The translations under genes and the position numbers were made by a program. Source: an uncultured bacterium (lineage in GTDB: Bacteria > Myxococcota_A > UBA796 > CAJQPC01). From it: a stretch of DNA of 64,000 bases. The DNA is taken from assembly GCA_905480105.1 (NCBI GenBank), contig CAJQPC010000113.1:26705-90704 (forward strand). Direction: 5' to 3'. Position 1 is the stretch's first letter. Every line of letters starts with the position of its first letter. Under the pieces are notes generated by a model. The model searched no databases. It was not told the origin of the DNA and saw only the letters and a list, made by a program, of their open reading frames with translations. Shown piece by piece: positions 18,502 to 27,767 of the stretch.

Positions 18502-19611
18502 TTGGAGCCTGGGCCAGGGCGTCTACGTTTGATCATGATGACTCTTCTTACCTTGGCCTGTCTCTCTCCTTCAGACCTTCTAAGCGGCCCTCTGGGGGGC
18601 GCCTCTGCCGAAGCGCGCGGGGTTACACCTCTCAGCCAGAATGGCCTTCTGGAGACCGAACGCAACAGCGTGGACGTGTTCGCTCAGGCGGCCCCGTCCA
18701 CGGTGTTCGTGACCCAGTCCCAGCTCGTGCGGCGATGGGGGGGCTCCGACCCCGTAGAGGTCCCGGCTGGAACTGGAAGCGGTGTGATCTGGGACACCGA
18801 GGGGCACGTGGTGACCAATTTTCACGTTGTAGATGGGGCCAGCTCTCTGGAGGTGGCCCTGCACGACGGCAGCACCTGGCCCGCCCGGTTCATCGGTGGT
18901 GAGCCGCGCAAGGACATCGCGGTTCTTCAAATCGATGCACCCAAGGACCTTCTCGCTGCTGCGGTCCTACCGCCGGTAGGCACGGGGCTTCAGGTGGGCC
19001 AGAAGGTGTTGGCTATCGGCAATCCATATGGCTTGGACCACACGCTGACCGTCGGTGTGGTCAGCGCCATTGACCGCGAGATTTTGGGCTATGGCGGGGT
19101 CAGTATCCGGGGGGTCATCCAAACGGATGCGTCGATCAATCCGGGCAACTCTGGTGGCCCCTTGCTGAACTCTAATGGGCAACTCATCGGGATCAACTCT
19201 CAGATCGCCAGCGCCTCCGGGGCGAGTGCCGGTATTGGCTTTGCGGTCCCCGTGGACACGGTGCGTCGGGTGGTCTCCGAAGTGGTCGAGTTTGGCCAGG
19301 TCCGACAGGCCGGTATGGGCGTGCGCTTGGTAGACGACCGTCTGGCGCGTCGTGCCGGCATCCCCGCGGGCGTGGTGCTGCGCAGTGTGGTCGCCGGCTC
19401 TCCAGCGGAGAAAGCTGGGCTGATCGGCCTCCAGGACGACGGTCGCGTTCCGGGTGACATCGTGGTGGGGGTCAACGGGGAGCCGGTGGCTGACTACGAT
19501 GACCTATACAACGCCCTGGACGGACGGAAGGCTGGAGAGGAGGTCACGCTCCAAGTTCTACGGAATGGGGAGACCCGCGAGGTCATCTTGTCCCTGATTC
19601 TCCTGGAGTAG
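18502..19611 (+). CDS. HtrA/DegP-family S1C serine protease with one PDZ domain
   Basis: Triad context TNFHVV, DIAVLQI, GNSGGPLLN. PDZ-like GMGVRLVDD...GDIVVGVNGEPV. A likely lipobox start is MMTLLTLAC at about 18535. Confidence 0.85.
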   Translation: MEPGPGRLRLIMMTLLTLACLSPSDLLSGPLGGASAEARGVTPLSQNGLLETERNSVDVFAQAAPSTVFVTQSQLVRRWGGSDPVEVPAGTGSGVIWDTEGHVVTNFHVVDGASSLEVALHDGSTWPARFIGGEPRKDIAVLQIDAPKDLLAAAVLPPVGTGLQVGQKVLAIGNPYGLDHTLTVGVVSAIDREILGYGGVSIRGVIQTDASINPGNSGGPLLNSNGQLIGINSQIASASGASAGIGFAVPVDTVRRVVSEVVEFGQVRQAGMGVRLVDDRLARRAGIPAGVVLRSVVAGSPAEKAGLIGLQDDGRVPGDIVVGVNGEPVADYDDLYNALDGRKAGEEVTLQVLRNGETREVILSLILLE

Positions 19612-19634
19612 GACCGCAATACCGTGCGATGAAC

Positions 19635-20666
19635 CTACCAGTCGATCAGGCTGGCGCCCCAGGTAAAGCCGCTTCCAAATGCGACACACGCGACCTTCAT
19701 GCCAGGCTTAAGGCGGCCGGTGCGTACCGCTTCGTCCATCAGCAAGGGGATGGTGGCTGCCGTGGTGTTGCCGTAGCGGTCGATGTTGTGGAGCAGTTTC
19801 TCTTCCGGGATGCCCAGTTGCTTGGCCACGTACTGGTTGATGCGCATATTGGCCTGGTGAAAGAACCACAGGTCGATGTCTTCGCCCTGAATTCCCTGTT
19901 CTTGACAGACCCGAAGCACTGCGAAACACATGCGCTGTACGGCGTTCTTGAAGACCTGGCGGCCATCCATGTTCGCGTAGAGCTCCTCCCTGGGGATGAT
20001 GCCGTTGCCGTCTTTGTCTAGGCGGATGAAAGGGCGCCTGGAGGTGTCCCAGACCCGCTGGCGCAGCACATCGGCGCCGCGACCGTCCGAGCCCAGGTGC
20101 CAGTGGCGGATGCCCTTGTCTTCTTCGGTGGCCGAGACGATGACCGCCCCCGCGCCATCGCCAAACAGGGTCGATACAGAGCGCCCGCTGGTGCTCAGCT
20201 CAAGGGCCGCGCTGTGCAGCTCTGAGCCGACGACCAAGACGTGCTTGCAGGCACCACTCTGAACCATCGCGGTGGCCGTGCCCAGGGCGTACAGAAAGCC
20301 GGAGCACTGGTTGCGGATGTCCATGGCTGGCGCAAAGGTCGCATTGGGGCCGTCGCACAGGCCCAGCTTTTTCTGGAGGTAGACACCATCGCCCGGGAAG
20401 CTGTGCTTGGGGGACAGGGTGGCGTAGATCAGCATGTCCAGGTCGGTGGCCTGGAGACCCGCCATCTCCAAGGCGCCCAGGCTAGCCTGCAGACCCATGT
20501 CCGAGTTCTCCATGCCCTCTGGCGCAAAGCGGCGCTCCTTGATGCCCGTCCGCTTCTGGATCCACTCGTCGGTGGTCTCGATGCCGTAGACCGATACCAG
20601 GTCATCGTTGGTGACCACTTGGCCCGGTACGAAGGACCCGGTCCCGGAGATGGTTGCGTTCGGCAC
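19635..20666 (-). CDS. fabH: 3-oxoacyl-ACP synthase III (KAS III, FabH-like)
   Basis: Active-site blocks NQCSGFLYAL, FFHQANMRI, YGNTTAATIPL and FGSGFTWGA. Confidence 0.75.
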   Translation of the reverse strand: MPNATISGTGSFVPGQVVTNDDLVSVYGIETTDEWIQKRTGIKERRFAPEGMENSDMGLQASLGALEMAGLQATDLDMLIYATLSPKHSFPGDGVYLQKKLGLCDGPNATFAPAMDIRNQCSGFLYALGTATAMVQSGACKHVLVVGSELHSAALELSTSGRSVSTLFGDGAGAVIVSATEEDKGIRHWHLGSDGRGADVLRQRVWDTSRRPFIRLDKDGNGIIPREELYANMDGRQVFKNAVQRMCFAVLRVCQEQGIQGEDIDLWFFHQANMRINQYVAKQLGIPEEKLLHNIDRYGNTTAATIPLLMDEAVRTGRLKPGMKVACVAFGSGFTWGASLIDW

Positions 20667-20707
20667 GTTCAGACTCCCTGATTCTTCGTCCTTAGCGCCC
20701 CCTGTCC

Positions 20708-22039
20708 CTATCGACCACGGCGTAAGGAGTCGGGACGCACCTGACTGGGGTTCTGGGGAGCCAGCATTCGGGCGCGCAGGATGGGGTCGGCCTGTTTCAG
20801 AAGGCGCTCCCAGATGGCCTCGTTGACGTAGACGACGTTGGGTCCCAAGGCGGTCACATTGCGGGAGTTGGGGAAGTCGTCCGCCTCAAAACCAACGGCT
20901 ATCCTTCCGATTCCCCCTCTCTCTAGTTCAGCTTCTGGGGCCCAGGCCATCGCCTCGCCACCGGTCTCGTAGTCGTAGAGAAAGTTGAACCCCTGGTGTG
21001 CGATCAGCAGGGTGGGCTGTTCTGGGATGCGTTGAATCTGCCGTCGATAATCGGGGTAGGGGGGATGGTCTTTGGGTGCGAATCCAAGGGTTGCCAGGGG
21101 CAGCAGCAGGACCCCCCACAGGCTGCTCGTGCCGATCTTTCCCGCCAAAGGCCAGACCAGCACGGGACTGATCAGGACCAAGCGGTAGCCCATGTCCAGC
21201 TGATTTAGGTCCCAAGGCAGCAGCAATACGACGGCCAGGGGCGGTAGAAGTGGCCAGGCTTTTCGACCCATCGCAGCGACGACGAAGAGCCCGGCCCAGG
21301 CCAGGGACCACTCTGCGAGCTGTACTGGGTTGGTGTACCGGAGGGTGGCCAATGGCCAGGGTTGGGGGAAGTGAAGGCTCAGGTCAAAGGCACCCTTTAG
21401 CCGGTCCAGGTCTTGAAGGTGGAGAAGCCCGGGGACCGCTTGAGAGAGCACTCCAAAGACTAAAAAGGCGCCCAGGGCACCCATGATCAGCCGCCGGTCC
21501 AGCCGCGCCAGGACAGCGCCGCCAAGGCTCAACACCACGATGGCCGCGCCCAAGCGGTGGGCCCAGGCTGCCAAGATGCCACCCAGGACGGGCAGCACCC
21601 AGCCGCGCCAGGTCTTGGCCGGGGCGAGCAGTCCCCCAAGCCAGAGCAGCAACGGGGCGACCATGCCCAAGTTCTTGGCAAAGTCGCCAGCCAGGTGGGT
21701 CAGGGAAGGGGAGCAGGCGGCCAACAGGGCCACCACCATGCCGCCTCCGGGCCGCACCCGCTCTCCGGCCCACCAGCCCGCGGGCACGCAGAGGGCGGCC
21801 AGCGCAGCACCTCCGACCTTGTGGGCAGCGATTGGGTCCAGCAGCCAACCCAGCGCCCCTAAGAAGCGTAGTACCCAGCTGGAGTCTGGAACATGCAGAC
21901 CTTGGCCGGCGGACCAGTCTGCGATCTGGACCACGTAGTAGTAGCCGTCGGTACCGGTGGGCTCGGGTGTCTGTCCGAGCCACCACAGGCGTACGAAAAA
22001 CGCCGCCAGGGTCAGGACTGGGAGGATCGGGGCTTTCAA
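20708..22039 (-). CDS. polytopic membrane protein, GT-C (ArnT/PMT-like) glycosyltransferase-like
   Basis: About 10 hydrophobic helices. N-terminal loop FVRLWWLG...GTDGYYYVVQI resembles the first-loop acidic/aromatic motif of GT-C enzymes. Soluble C-terminal domain. Weak call. Confidence 0.4.
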   Translation of the reverse strand: MKAPILPVLTLAAFFVRLWWLGQTPEPTGTDGYYYVVQIADWSAGQGLHVPDSSWVLRFLGALGWLLDPIAAHKVGGAALAALCVPAGWWAGERVRPGGGMVVALLAACSPSLTHLAGDFAKNLGMVAPLLLWLGGLLAPAKTWRGWVLPVLGGILAAWAHRLGAAIVVLSLGGAVLARLDRRLIMGALGAFLVFGVLSQAVPGLLHLQDLDRLKGAFDLSLHFPQPWPLATLRYTNPVQLAEWSLAWAGLFVVAAMGRKAWPLLPPLAVVLLLPWDLNQLDMGYRLVLISPVLVWPLAGKIGTSSLWGVLLLPLATLGFAPKDHPPYPDYRRQIQRIPEQPTLLIAHQGFNFLYDYETGGEAMAWAPEAELERGGIGRIAVGFEADDFPNSRNVTALGPNVVYVNEAIWERLLKQADPILRARMLAPQNPSQVRPDSLRRGR

Positions 22040-22057
22040 CTCAGACCCTCGCCCAAG

Positions 22058-22768
22058 TCAAACAGGCCGTGGGGTGATCTTTTCAGGGTCCAGCAAGCGC
22101 TCAAAGCTGCCTAAGGTGGACAGCATTCGAGATTGGAGGCCGCCTCCAGGGCCACGCTGCAGCATCCAGTACATCGGGCGTTCGCCGACCTGAATCCGAA
22201 CGCAGAAACGTCCAGCCTGTTGCAGTCCATAGCTACGGTCCACACTCAGGGACTCGCCCTGCTCGATGTGGTGTGCAAGCTGTCGTAGCAGTCGCAGGGA
22301 CTCCAGTGTGTCGGAGGCGGCGTCTGCCAGCACCGACACATTGCGTTCGTTGAGAGCCTGCACCAGAAGCCAGACGAAGGTCCATGCCTCTTTGGACTCG
22401 GGCAGCGCCTCAAAGCTTGGCGGCGCCGAGATGGCGCCTTCCACGAAGAGGTGGGCCACTTGGGCATTCTTGGTCAGACCCGCCAACCCGGAGCCCGTAT
22501 CGAGCAGGTGCAGACCGGCCAGGATGTGCTCCTCGCCTGCCTGGTCCACGCGCAGCAGGGGTACGGCAATGGCGGTACGTCCGTCTTGCTCAGCGAGCAC
22601 GACCCCGGCGCCTAAGAACAGGCCCTTGCGGACGGCCTGCTTGTAGAGCGAGCCCGGTGTGTCCTGGTCTGCGGACCAGCCCCGTGGCGTGCACTGAGCT
22701 TGGGCAGCGGCCTCGTCTTTGCCCGAGATGGCCTGAGCGAAAGCATCCGCTCTTCTCTCCGCGCTCAT
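22058..22768 (-). CDS. hypothetical cytoplasmic protein, coupled partner of the DUF4157 giant protein
   Basis: The start ATG overlaps the upstream stop as ATGA (22765-22768). No signal peptide or TM helix. No motif recognised. Confidence 0.5.
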   Translation of the reverse strand: MSAERRADAFAQAISGKDEAAAQAQCTPRGWSADQDTPGSLYKQAVRKGLFLGAGVVLAEQDGRTAIAVPLLRVDQAGEEHILAGLHLLDTGSGLAGLTKNAQVAHLFVEGAISAPPSFEALPESKEAWTFVWLLVQALNERNVSVLADAASDTLESLRLLRQLAHHIEQGESLSVDRSYGLQQAGRFCVRIQVGERPMYWMLQRGPGGGLQSRMLSTLGSFERLLDPEKITPRPV

Positions 22769-25700
22769 TCACCCACCATTCGCTTGAACTCGTCTTTGCG
22801 GTCACCGTCCAGCTCCCCGCGCACATCGTCCTTGTCTGCCACGGCCAAGACCGCGTTCAGGTCACCGGACGCATTGGAGAAGCGCAGGATTTCAATCATG
22901 GCGTCCTGGTCATCGCCGCCGGTCCAGCCGCTCATCAGCTTCTTGAGCATCTCACCGCGCTGGGTGGCGTCGGCCAGCTTGTGGGCGTCGTTGGCCACAG
23001 CCTCGCGCACCTTGTCGTCGCCGGAGAACAGGCCCCAAAAGCTCTCCCACAGGGAGGCACCAAAGCCGGCCATGTCGGAGACGGCGTCGGCGATCCAGTC
23101 GGTCGCGATGCTCGCCAGTTCTCCGCCAACGACCAAGGCAAGCTTGATGCCTTCCAGGGCGTCGATGTTCACCGAGACCTTGGCGCCCAAGCCCACACCC
23201 CAGGTGGCGTTGGCCCCCCAGGTAAAGCTGAGCTTACCCCCGGAGAAGCCGACCTTGGCGCTGATCTGTGCGCCCACGCCCAAGCTGCCCTCGCCGGTGC
23301 CTTCTACCCCTAGAACTGGGATTTCTCCCTCGGGGCCCCAGGTCAGCACCGAGGTGATCAAGCGCTCAACAACCTCGTCGGCTCCCACTTGACGCATCAC
23401 CCAACCGAGTCCTGGGACGGCGCTGGATGCGGTGTCGATGCCTGCCGCGATGGTGTTCTCCATCTTGGAGCTGTAGGCACCCTGGTCCTTTTTGTGCCAG
23501 TTCGCAGCTAAGCCTGCGCCCAGACGAACCTTAGCGCCGGCAAAAGCACCCGCGCTCGCGTCGAGAGTCGCGCCGACCCCACTGCTCTTTTCTGCCTCTG
23601 GGCCCGAGGCTACGGTCTCCGTGCTCCCGTCGGCGCCCGCCTTGGTCTGGGTGTCCATTTCGGAGAGGATTTCGTCGCCATCGATAGTACGGGAACCCTT
23701 CGAACGCTTGATGGAGGCGGTGATGCTGGCCTTGGCCTCGGCACCCACGAAGGCGTCGATGCTCACAAAGAAGGTGCCGGAGAACTCCTCTCCGAGCAGT
23801 GTGTACTGCTCGGTCTGCCACTCCCACTTCTGCTTCCATTCAAAGAGTTGGGCCCGAGCCTCGACCGCGGTCGCCAGCTCCACTCCAGTGGTGTCTACCG
23901 TCAAGCTTGACTTGCCGCCGGCCTCGAAGCCCAGCACGTCGTAGCTACCCGAGCTGGTGCTGCCACCCATGCCATCGGTGTTGCTCCAGGCATTCCCGGC
24001 TACGCTGGTGTCGGCCCAGATGTTGTTGGAGCTCTGCCCGTAGAGTCGCGTTTGTTTGGCTGTTCGGTCCCAAGCGTTGTTGCGCTTGGGTGCGCCGTAA
24101 ACGCCGGCAAGCTGCCGGTCGGTGCGCTCGCGCAGGTCCTCATCGGAGCTGCCTCTCGCGCCCCAGATCACCACCTTGCGTCCGTCAGCTCCGGTGGCCA
24201 CGGCATAGCGGCGACCGTCTTGAGCTGTTTTGAAGTTCTGAATGTGGTCTCGGCCCGAAGTTGGCGTGGCGCTTGTCCCGCTGGAAGCACCGCCCAGGTT
24301 GACCGCGCCTGTTTGAGCGTTGTCCGCTTGGCTGCCCGCACCCAAAGTGTTCTGGCTGTAGGTGTTGAACAGCGCCTGATTCCGGCCCCCGTCGGTGACC
24401 CCGCCCAGTCCGCTCTGGGACATGAGCTCATTGCGCGCGGCTATGAAGGTGACCAGGTTGACAGTGTCGGGCTCTACGGGAGCCCAGGTCCCGCCGGCGC
24501 GTCGGTAGCGCTGGGTGCCGTTGTCCGCAAAGACCATGGAGCGCAGCGCCTGTTTGCTTGCCCCGCTCAGATCGGGCGCAGTGGCGCTGGGGGTGTGGGC
24601 GCTGATTTGAGTCTGTTGAGGGGTACCGTCTTGGGCTGCGGCGTTGCGATTGGCAACGCGCTTGTCTGGGGTGGGGGTTGCCGAAGGGGTCATTTTATTC
24701 GGCGCGCGCATGTGCTTGGGGGTTCCGCCCACGCCCATTTGGCGCAGTCCAACCCCCGGTGCGCCCGGCTTTAGGCCTGAGCCTTGGCTGGTTCCCAAGG
24801 CATCGCCGAGCTGGCGAAGCATCTTGGTGGGTACGGTGTTCTTGAGGGTCTGCAGGGCACGACGGGGGTGGTGCTGGCGGCCCTGTGCCTTGGCTGGCGT
24901 GAGGGTTTCGCCGAAGGTGGCGTCGACCACCTCGAGCAGGCCACCGCTTACAGCGCCGTCTGCAAAAGCACGTGCCTTGCGCTCGTGGTCATCGCCCGGC
25001 TGGGAGACGCCTGGCTTTCCACCGCCCAAGACCGCGTGGTGCAGTTCCTCGGCGATGAGCGTCTTGGCGGCGTTGCCGGACTCGCTGAAGGTGCCGGGGG
25101 CGAAGTAGATGTCGCGGCCTACCGTGACGGCGTTCGCTGCGACCCCCACGGCAAAGTCTGCGGCGGCGCTGTCGGTGTGAATGCGCACTGAGTCGATGCT
25201 GCGACCCAAGATCGGGCGGAAGGCTTCCTTGAGGGAGTTGGGCAGAGACTGTCCGCCGCCGCTCGGACGCTCGCTGGTGGCTTCTCGGCCCATGGCGCCA
25301 GAGGCGTTTCGGTGCAGGGTCTCCCGTGTGGGCCGGGTCATGCGCTTCTCTTTGGTGGAGGCGCGCCCGGGCTCCTTGTTGCGCCCCTTAAAGAAGTGGC
25401 GGTCGATGTAGCCCCACGCGCCCTTTTGGTCGCCGTCCAGGACCTTGACCTTGGTCCAGCGCCGCATGGGCTTTTCTACGCCCAAGTTGGTTCCAGCTGC
25501 TAGCTGACCTGTCCAGTGTTTCTGCAGCTTTTTTGGGGCGTTCTGGAGGGCGGCTCCGTGGGCCTTGACCGCGGCGGTCTCCAGGCCATGCAGGGCAGCG
25601 TCTTCCTGCTCGTTGTCTGCCACGTTGGTCGCGGCTTGGTCTTCGGTTGGGCCGGTCTCTGTTTCGCTATCCGGAGTCTTCTCGGCGCCGGCATCTCCAC

Positions 25701-27345
25701 TCAGCTTCGCGCTCAGTGCATCGGAGCGCTCGCTGAGCGTGGAAAGGGTCTTTTGAAGTTGGCCGGCATCCAGTTTCTTGCTGTCTTTTAGCGCGGGCCC
25801 TTCCTTCTGGTCCTTCACCTGTTTTAGGTCGTTCACACCGGCGGTCAGTTCCTCTATTCCCTCTAAGAAGAGGGTCATCGCGTCTTGGAGCTTGCGGGCT
25901 CCTTCCAGGACTCTGCCCAGGGCTTGTGCCCCAAAATCCACATCGGCGTCTCCGCCGATGGTCTCCTGGACCCAGCCCACAATCGCGGTGAAGCGGGGCT
26001 CGCTGGGGTCGCTGTTGTCCTTGTTTTCCTTGGTGCGCTCGTCTTTGACCTCGCCGGTGCTTGGGCCGGAGTCGCCCAGCGCCCATCCGACCAGGGAGAG
26101 CAAGCTGCCCACGGCCTGGAGCTTGGCGCCGAGCTTTAGTCCCGCCTCGCTGGACTCCAGGGCGGCAGCGATGGCCTGCAGGGCCACCTTGGTCAGACCT
26201 AGGACGGTGGCCAGTGCTTCTCGCCAGAGGGTCTTGCGCTCCGCCTCTCCCAAGGTATCCCACAAGGAAATGCGCTCGCCCAGGGCCTCCATCCTCTCGT
26301 TCTGGGCCTTGATGATGGACTTCCATTCGCCCAGTTCTTCCAGGGACTCCTGGTCGTTCTGACGACCGTCCACTTGGTCCTGGTTCTGCTCGCCCCCTTG
26401 AGATTGTTTGTCCAAGGCGCTGTTGTCGTCGTCACGGGAGCGCATCGCCGCGCTCTGTCCCGTCTCGCTGCTCTGCGTGCCCCCCTCGGCGCTCTGCACG
26501 CCCAACTCCATGCCTTGGCCCATGGAGAGCTCGGCGTCCATCGGTGCCAGGATGCTGCCATCCAATTCGGGAAGCAGGCTGGTGGCCATGTTCTCCGCTT
26601 CCAGCTCCACGGCGTCCGTCGGGCTGGAGACGGCCATGCCCCCTTCGGTCTGGTTGGCGCCCGAGTTGGCCCTTAGGCGGCCCTCCATGTGCTGGACCAC
26701 ATGGGTGAGCTCATGGATCAGCAGGCGCAGGTTTCCCCGATCTTGCAGGTTGTCGTAGCCGTGGCCCAAGTACACGCTTTGGCCGACGGTGTAGGCCTTG
26801 GCGTTGATCGCCTTGGACGCCTGGTTTGCGGCGCCGTCGTTGTGAAGGCGGACCCCGCTAAAGTCCACGCCACCAAAAGCAGCCTCCAAACGGCTGCGTG
26901 CGAACTCGGGCAGGGGCTTTCCGCCGCGCGCTGCGGCGGCTTTGACCCTGGAGTCGGCATCTCGTGCAAAGACTTCGGGTGCGGGCAGGGCGTCCCGTGC
27001 GGCCAAATAGGCGGCCACGCTACTGTTGGACAGCATGCCGCTGTTGGCAGTGTCGGGGCCCAGTCCTGCGGCCCCCATCGTGAGGGCCTCGCTGATCAGC
27101 GGGGCAGGGCCGTCCAAGGAGCCGGCAAGGGCGCTCTGGATCAAGTTGTTGCCGAAGCTCTCCTGCAAGGAAGAACTCAGCGCGGCGTGGGACTCGGTCG
27201 CGGGCTCGGGGCGGGTAGCAATGTTGGAGGAAACACGCTCCTCATCCCGATCTCCACGGATATTTCCTGTGGGCTTTTTCACTACCGCCGCAGGCCGCAC
27301 TTTGTCTTCGCGTGCGCTGTTGGCAGCGGAGTCCGTCCGAGCCAT
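22765..27345 (-). CDS. 1526-aa protein with two DUF4157 (eCIS-core/HExxH-like) modules and an unassigned C-terminal region
   Basis: AAGGGAG lies 6 nt upstream of ATG 27345. Module 1 (aa 142-219): GKPLPEFARSRLEAAFGGVDFSGVRLHNDGAANQASKAINAKAYTVGQSVYLG...LLIHELTHVVQH. Module 2 (aa 697-773): GQSLPNSLKEAFRPILGRSIDSVRIHTDSAAADFAVGVAANAVTVGRDIYFAPG...LIAEELHHAVLG. No signal peptide. Confidence 0.75.
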   Translation of the reverse strand: MARTDSAANSAREDKVRPAAVVKKPTGNIRGDRDEERVSSNIATRPEPATESHAALSSSLQESFGNNLIQSALAGSLDGPAPLISEALTMGAAGLGPDTANSGMLSNSSVAAYLAARDALPAPEVFARDADSRVKAAAARGGKPLPEFARSRLEAAFGGVDFSGVRLHNDGAANQASKAINAKAYTVGQSVYLGHGYDNLQDRGNLRLLIHELTHVVQHMEGRLRANSGANQTEGGMAVSSPTDAVELEAENMATSLLPELDGSILAPMDAELSMGQGMELGVQSAEGGTQSSETGQSAAMRSRDDDNSALDKQSQGGEQNQDQVDGRQNDQESLEELGEWKSIIKAQNERMEALGERISLWDTLGEAERKTLWREALATVLGLTKVALQAIAAALESSEAGLKLGAKLQAVGSLLSLVGWALGDSGPSTGEVKDERTKENKDNSDPSEPRFTAIVGWVQETIGGDADVDFGAQALGRVLEGARKLQDAMTLFLEGIEELTAGVNDLKQVKDQKEGPALKDSKKLDAGQLQKTLSTLSERSDALSAKLSGDAGAEKTPDSETETGPTEDQAATNVADNEQEDAALHGLETAAVKAHGAALQNAPKKLQKHWTGQLAAGTNLGVEKPMRRWTKVKVLDGDQKGAWGYIDRHFFKGRNKEPGRASTKEKRMTRPTRETLHRNASGAMGREATSERPSGGGQSLPNSLKEAFRPILGRSIDSVRIHTDSAAADFAVGVAANAVTVGRDIYFAPGTFSESGNAAKTLIAEELHHAVLGGGKPGVSQPGDDHERKARAFADGAVSGGLLEVVDATFGETLTPAKAQGRQHHPRRALQTLKNTVPTKMLRQLGDALGTSQGSGLKPGAPGVGLRQMGVGGTPKHMRAPNKMTPSATPTPDKRVANRNAAAQDGTPQQTQISAHTPSATAPDLSGASKQALRSMVFADNGTQRYRRAGGTWAPVEPDTVNLVTFIAARNELMSQSGLGGVTDGGRNQALFNTYSQNTLGAGSQADNAQTGAVNLGGASSGTSATPTSGRDHIQNFKTAQDGRRYAVATGADGRKVVIWGARGSSDEDLRERTDRQLAGVYGAPKRNNAWDRTAKQTRLYGQSSNNIWADTSVAGNAWSNTDGMGGSTSSGSYDVLGFEAGGKSSLTVDTTGVELATAVEARAQLFEWKQKWEWQTEQYTLLGEEFSGTFFVSIDAFVGAEAKASITASIKRSKGSRTIDGDEILSEMDTQTKAGADGSTETVASGPEAEKSSGVGATLDASAGAFAGAKVRLGAGLAANWHKKDQGAYSSKMENTIAAGIDTASSAVPGLGWVMRQVGADEVVERLITSVLTWGPEGEIPVLGVEGTGEGSLGVGAQISAKVGFSGGKLSFTWGANATWGVGLGAKVSVNIDALEGIKLALVVGGELASIATDWIADAVSDMAGFGASLWESFWGLFSGDDKVREAVANDAHKLADATQRGEMLKKLMSGWTGGDDQDAMIEILRFSNASGDLNAVLAVADKDDVRGELDGDRKDEFKRMVGE

Positions 27346-27452
27346 GTCTGCTCCCTTTCAGTGCCGACTTGTAGTTTAGCAGACTTAGGCCCGGTGTTCC
27401 CCGGCGTTTTTGCCTGGCTCCAGGAAGGGGCCTAAAGCTAAATTCCAACCAC

Positions 27453-27767
27453 TTAGAAGCAGGCTATTTCTGAGCCGATCTCGTCGTCGCCCTGCACGAA
27501 CTCCACCTGCTGACAACTCTGGGTGGGCTCCTCGCAGACGAAAGGCTCTCCGTCCTGTTCAGTGCAGAGGTCATGGCACTCGCGGTCGCCTACAGGCTCC
27601 TCGCAGACGGTTTTTCCCGCCATTTCCTTGCAGACGTAGACGAAGTGGCAGATTTGGTCGGATCCGCAGTCGCTGTTGTCGCAGCAGGTCCGACCCTCGT
27701 CCTGACACTCGGTGACGGGATCGTAGGGCGCTTGGGCACAAGCAAAAAAGAGAAAGAGTGGAATCAT
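27453..27767 (-). CDS. small Cys-rich lipoprotein (104 aa)
   Basis: Internal start MIPLFLFFAC|AQ. The ATG overlaps the upstream stop as ATGA (27764-27767). Many Cys in CxxxxC-type spacing (CCDNSDCGSDQICHFVYVC). Confidence 0.55.
   Translation of the reverse strand: MIPLFLFFACAQAPYDPVTECQDEGRTCCDNSDCGSDQICHFVYVCKEMAGKTVCEEPVGDRECHDLCTEQDGEPFVCEEPTQSCQQVEFVQGDDEIGSEIACF

Noticed and set aside
27389-27411. CCGG...CCGG stem followed by TTTTT upstream of the giant gene, terminator-like.
   Set aside because: The stem is only 4 bp. The T-run is on the plus strand, where no upstream gene exists, so the orientation is wrong for the minus-strand operon.
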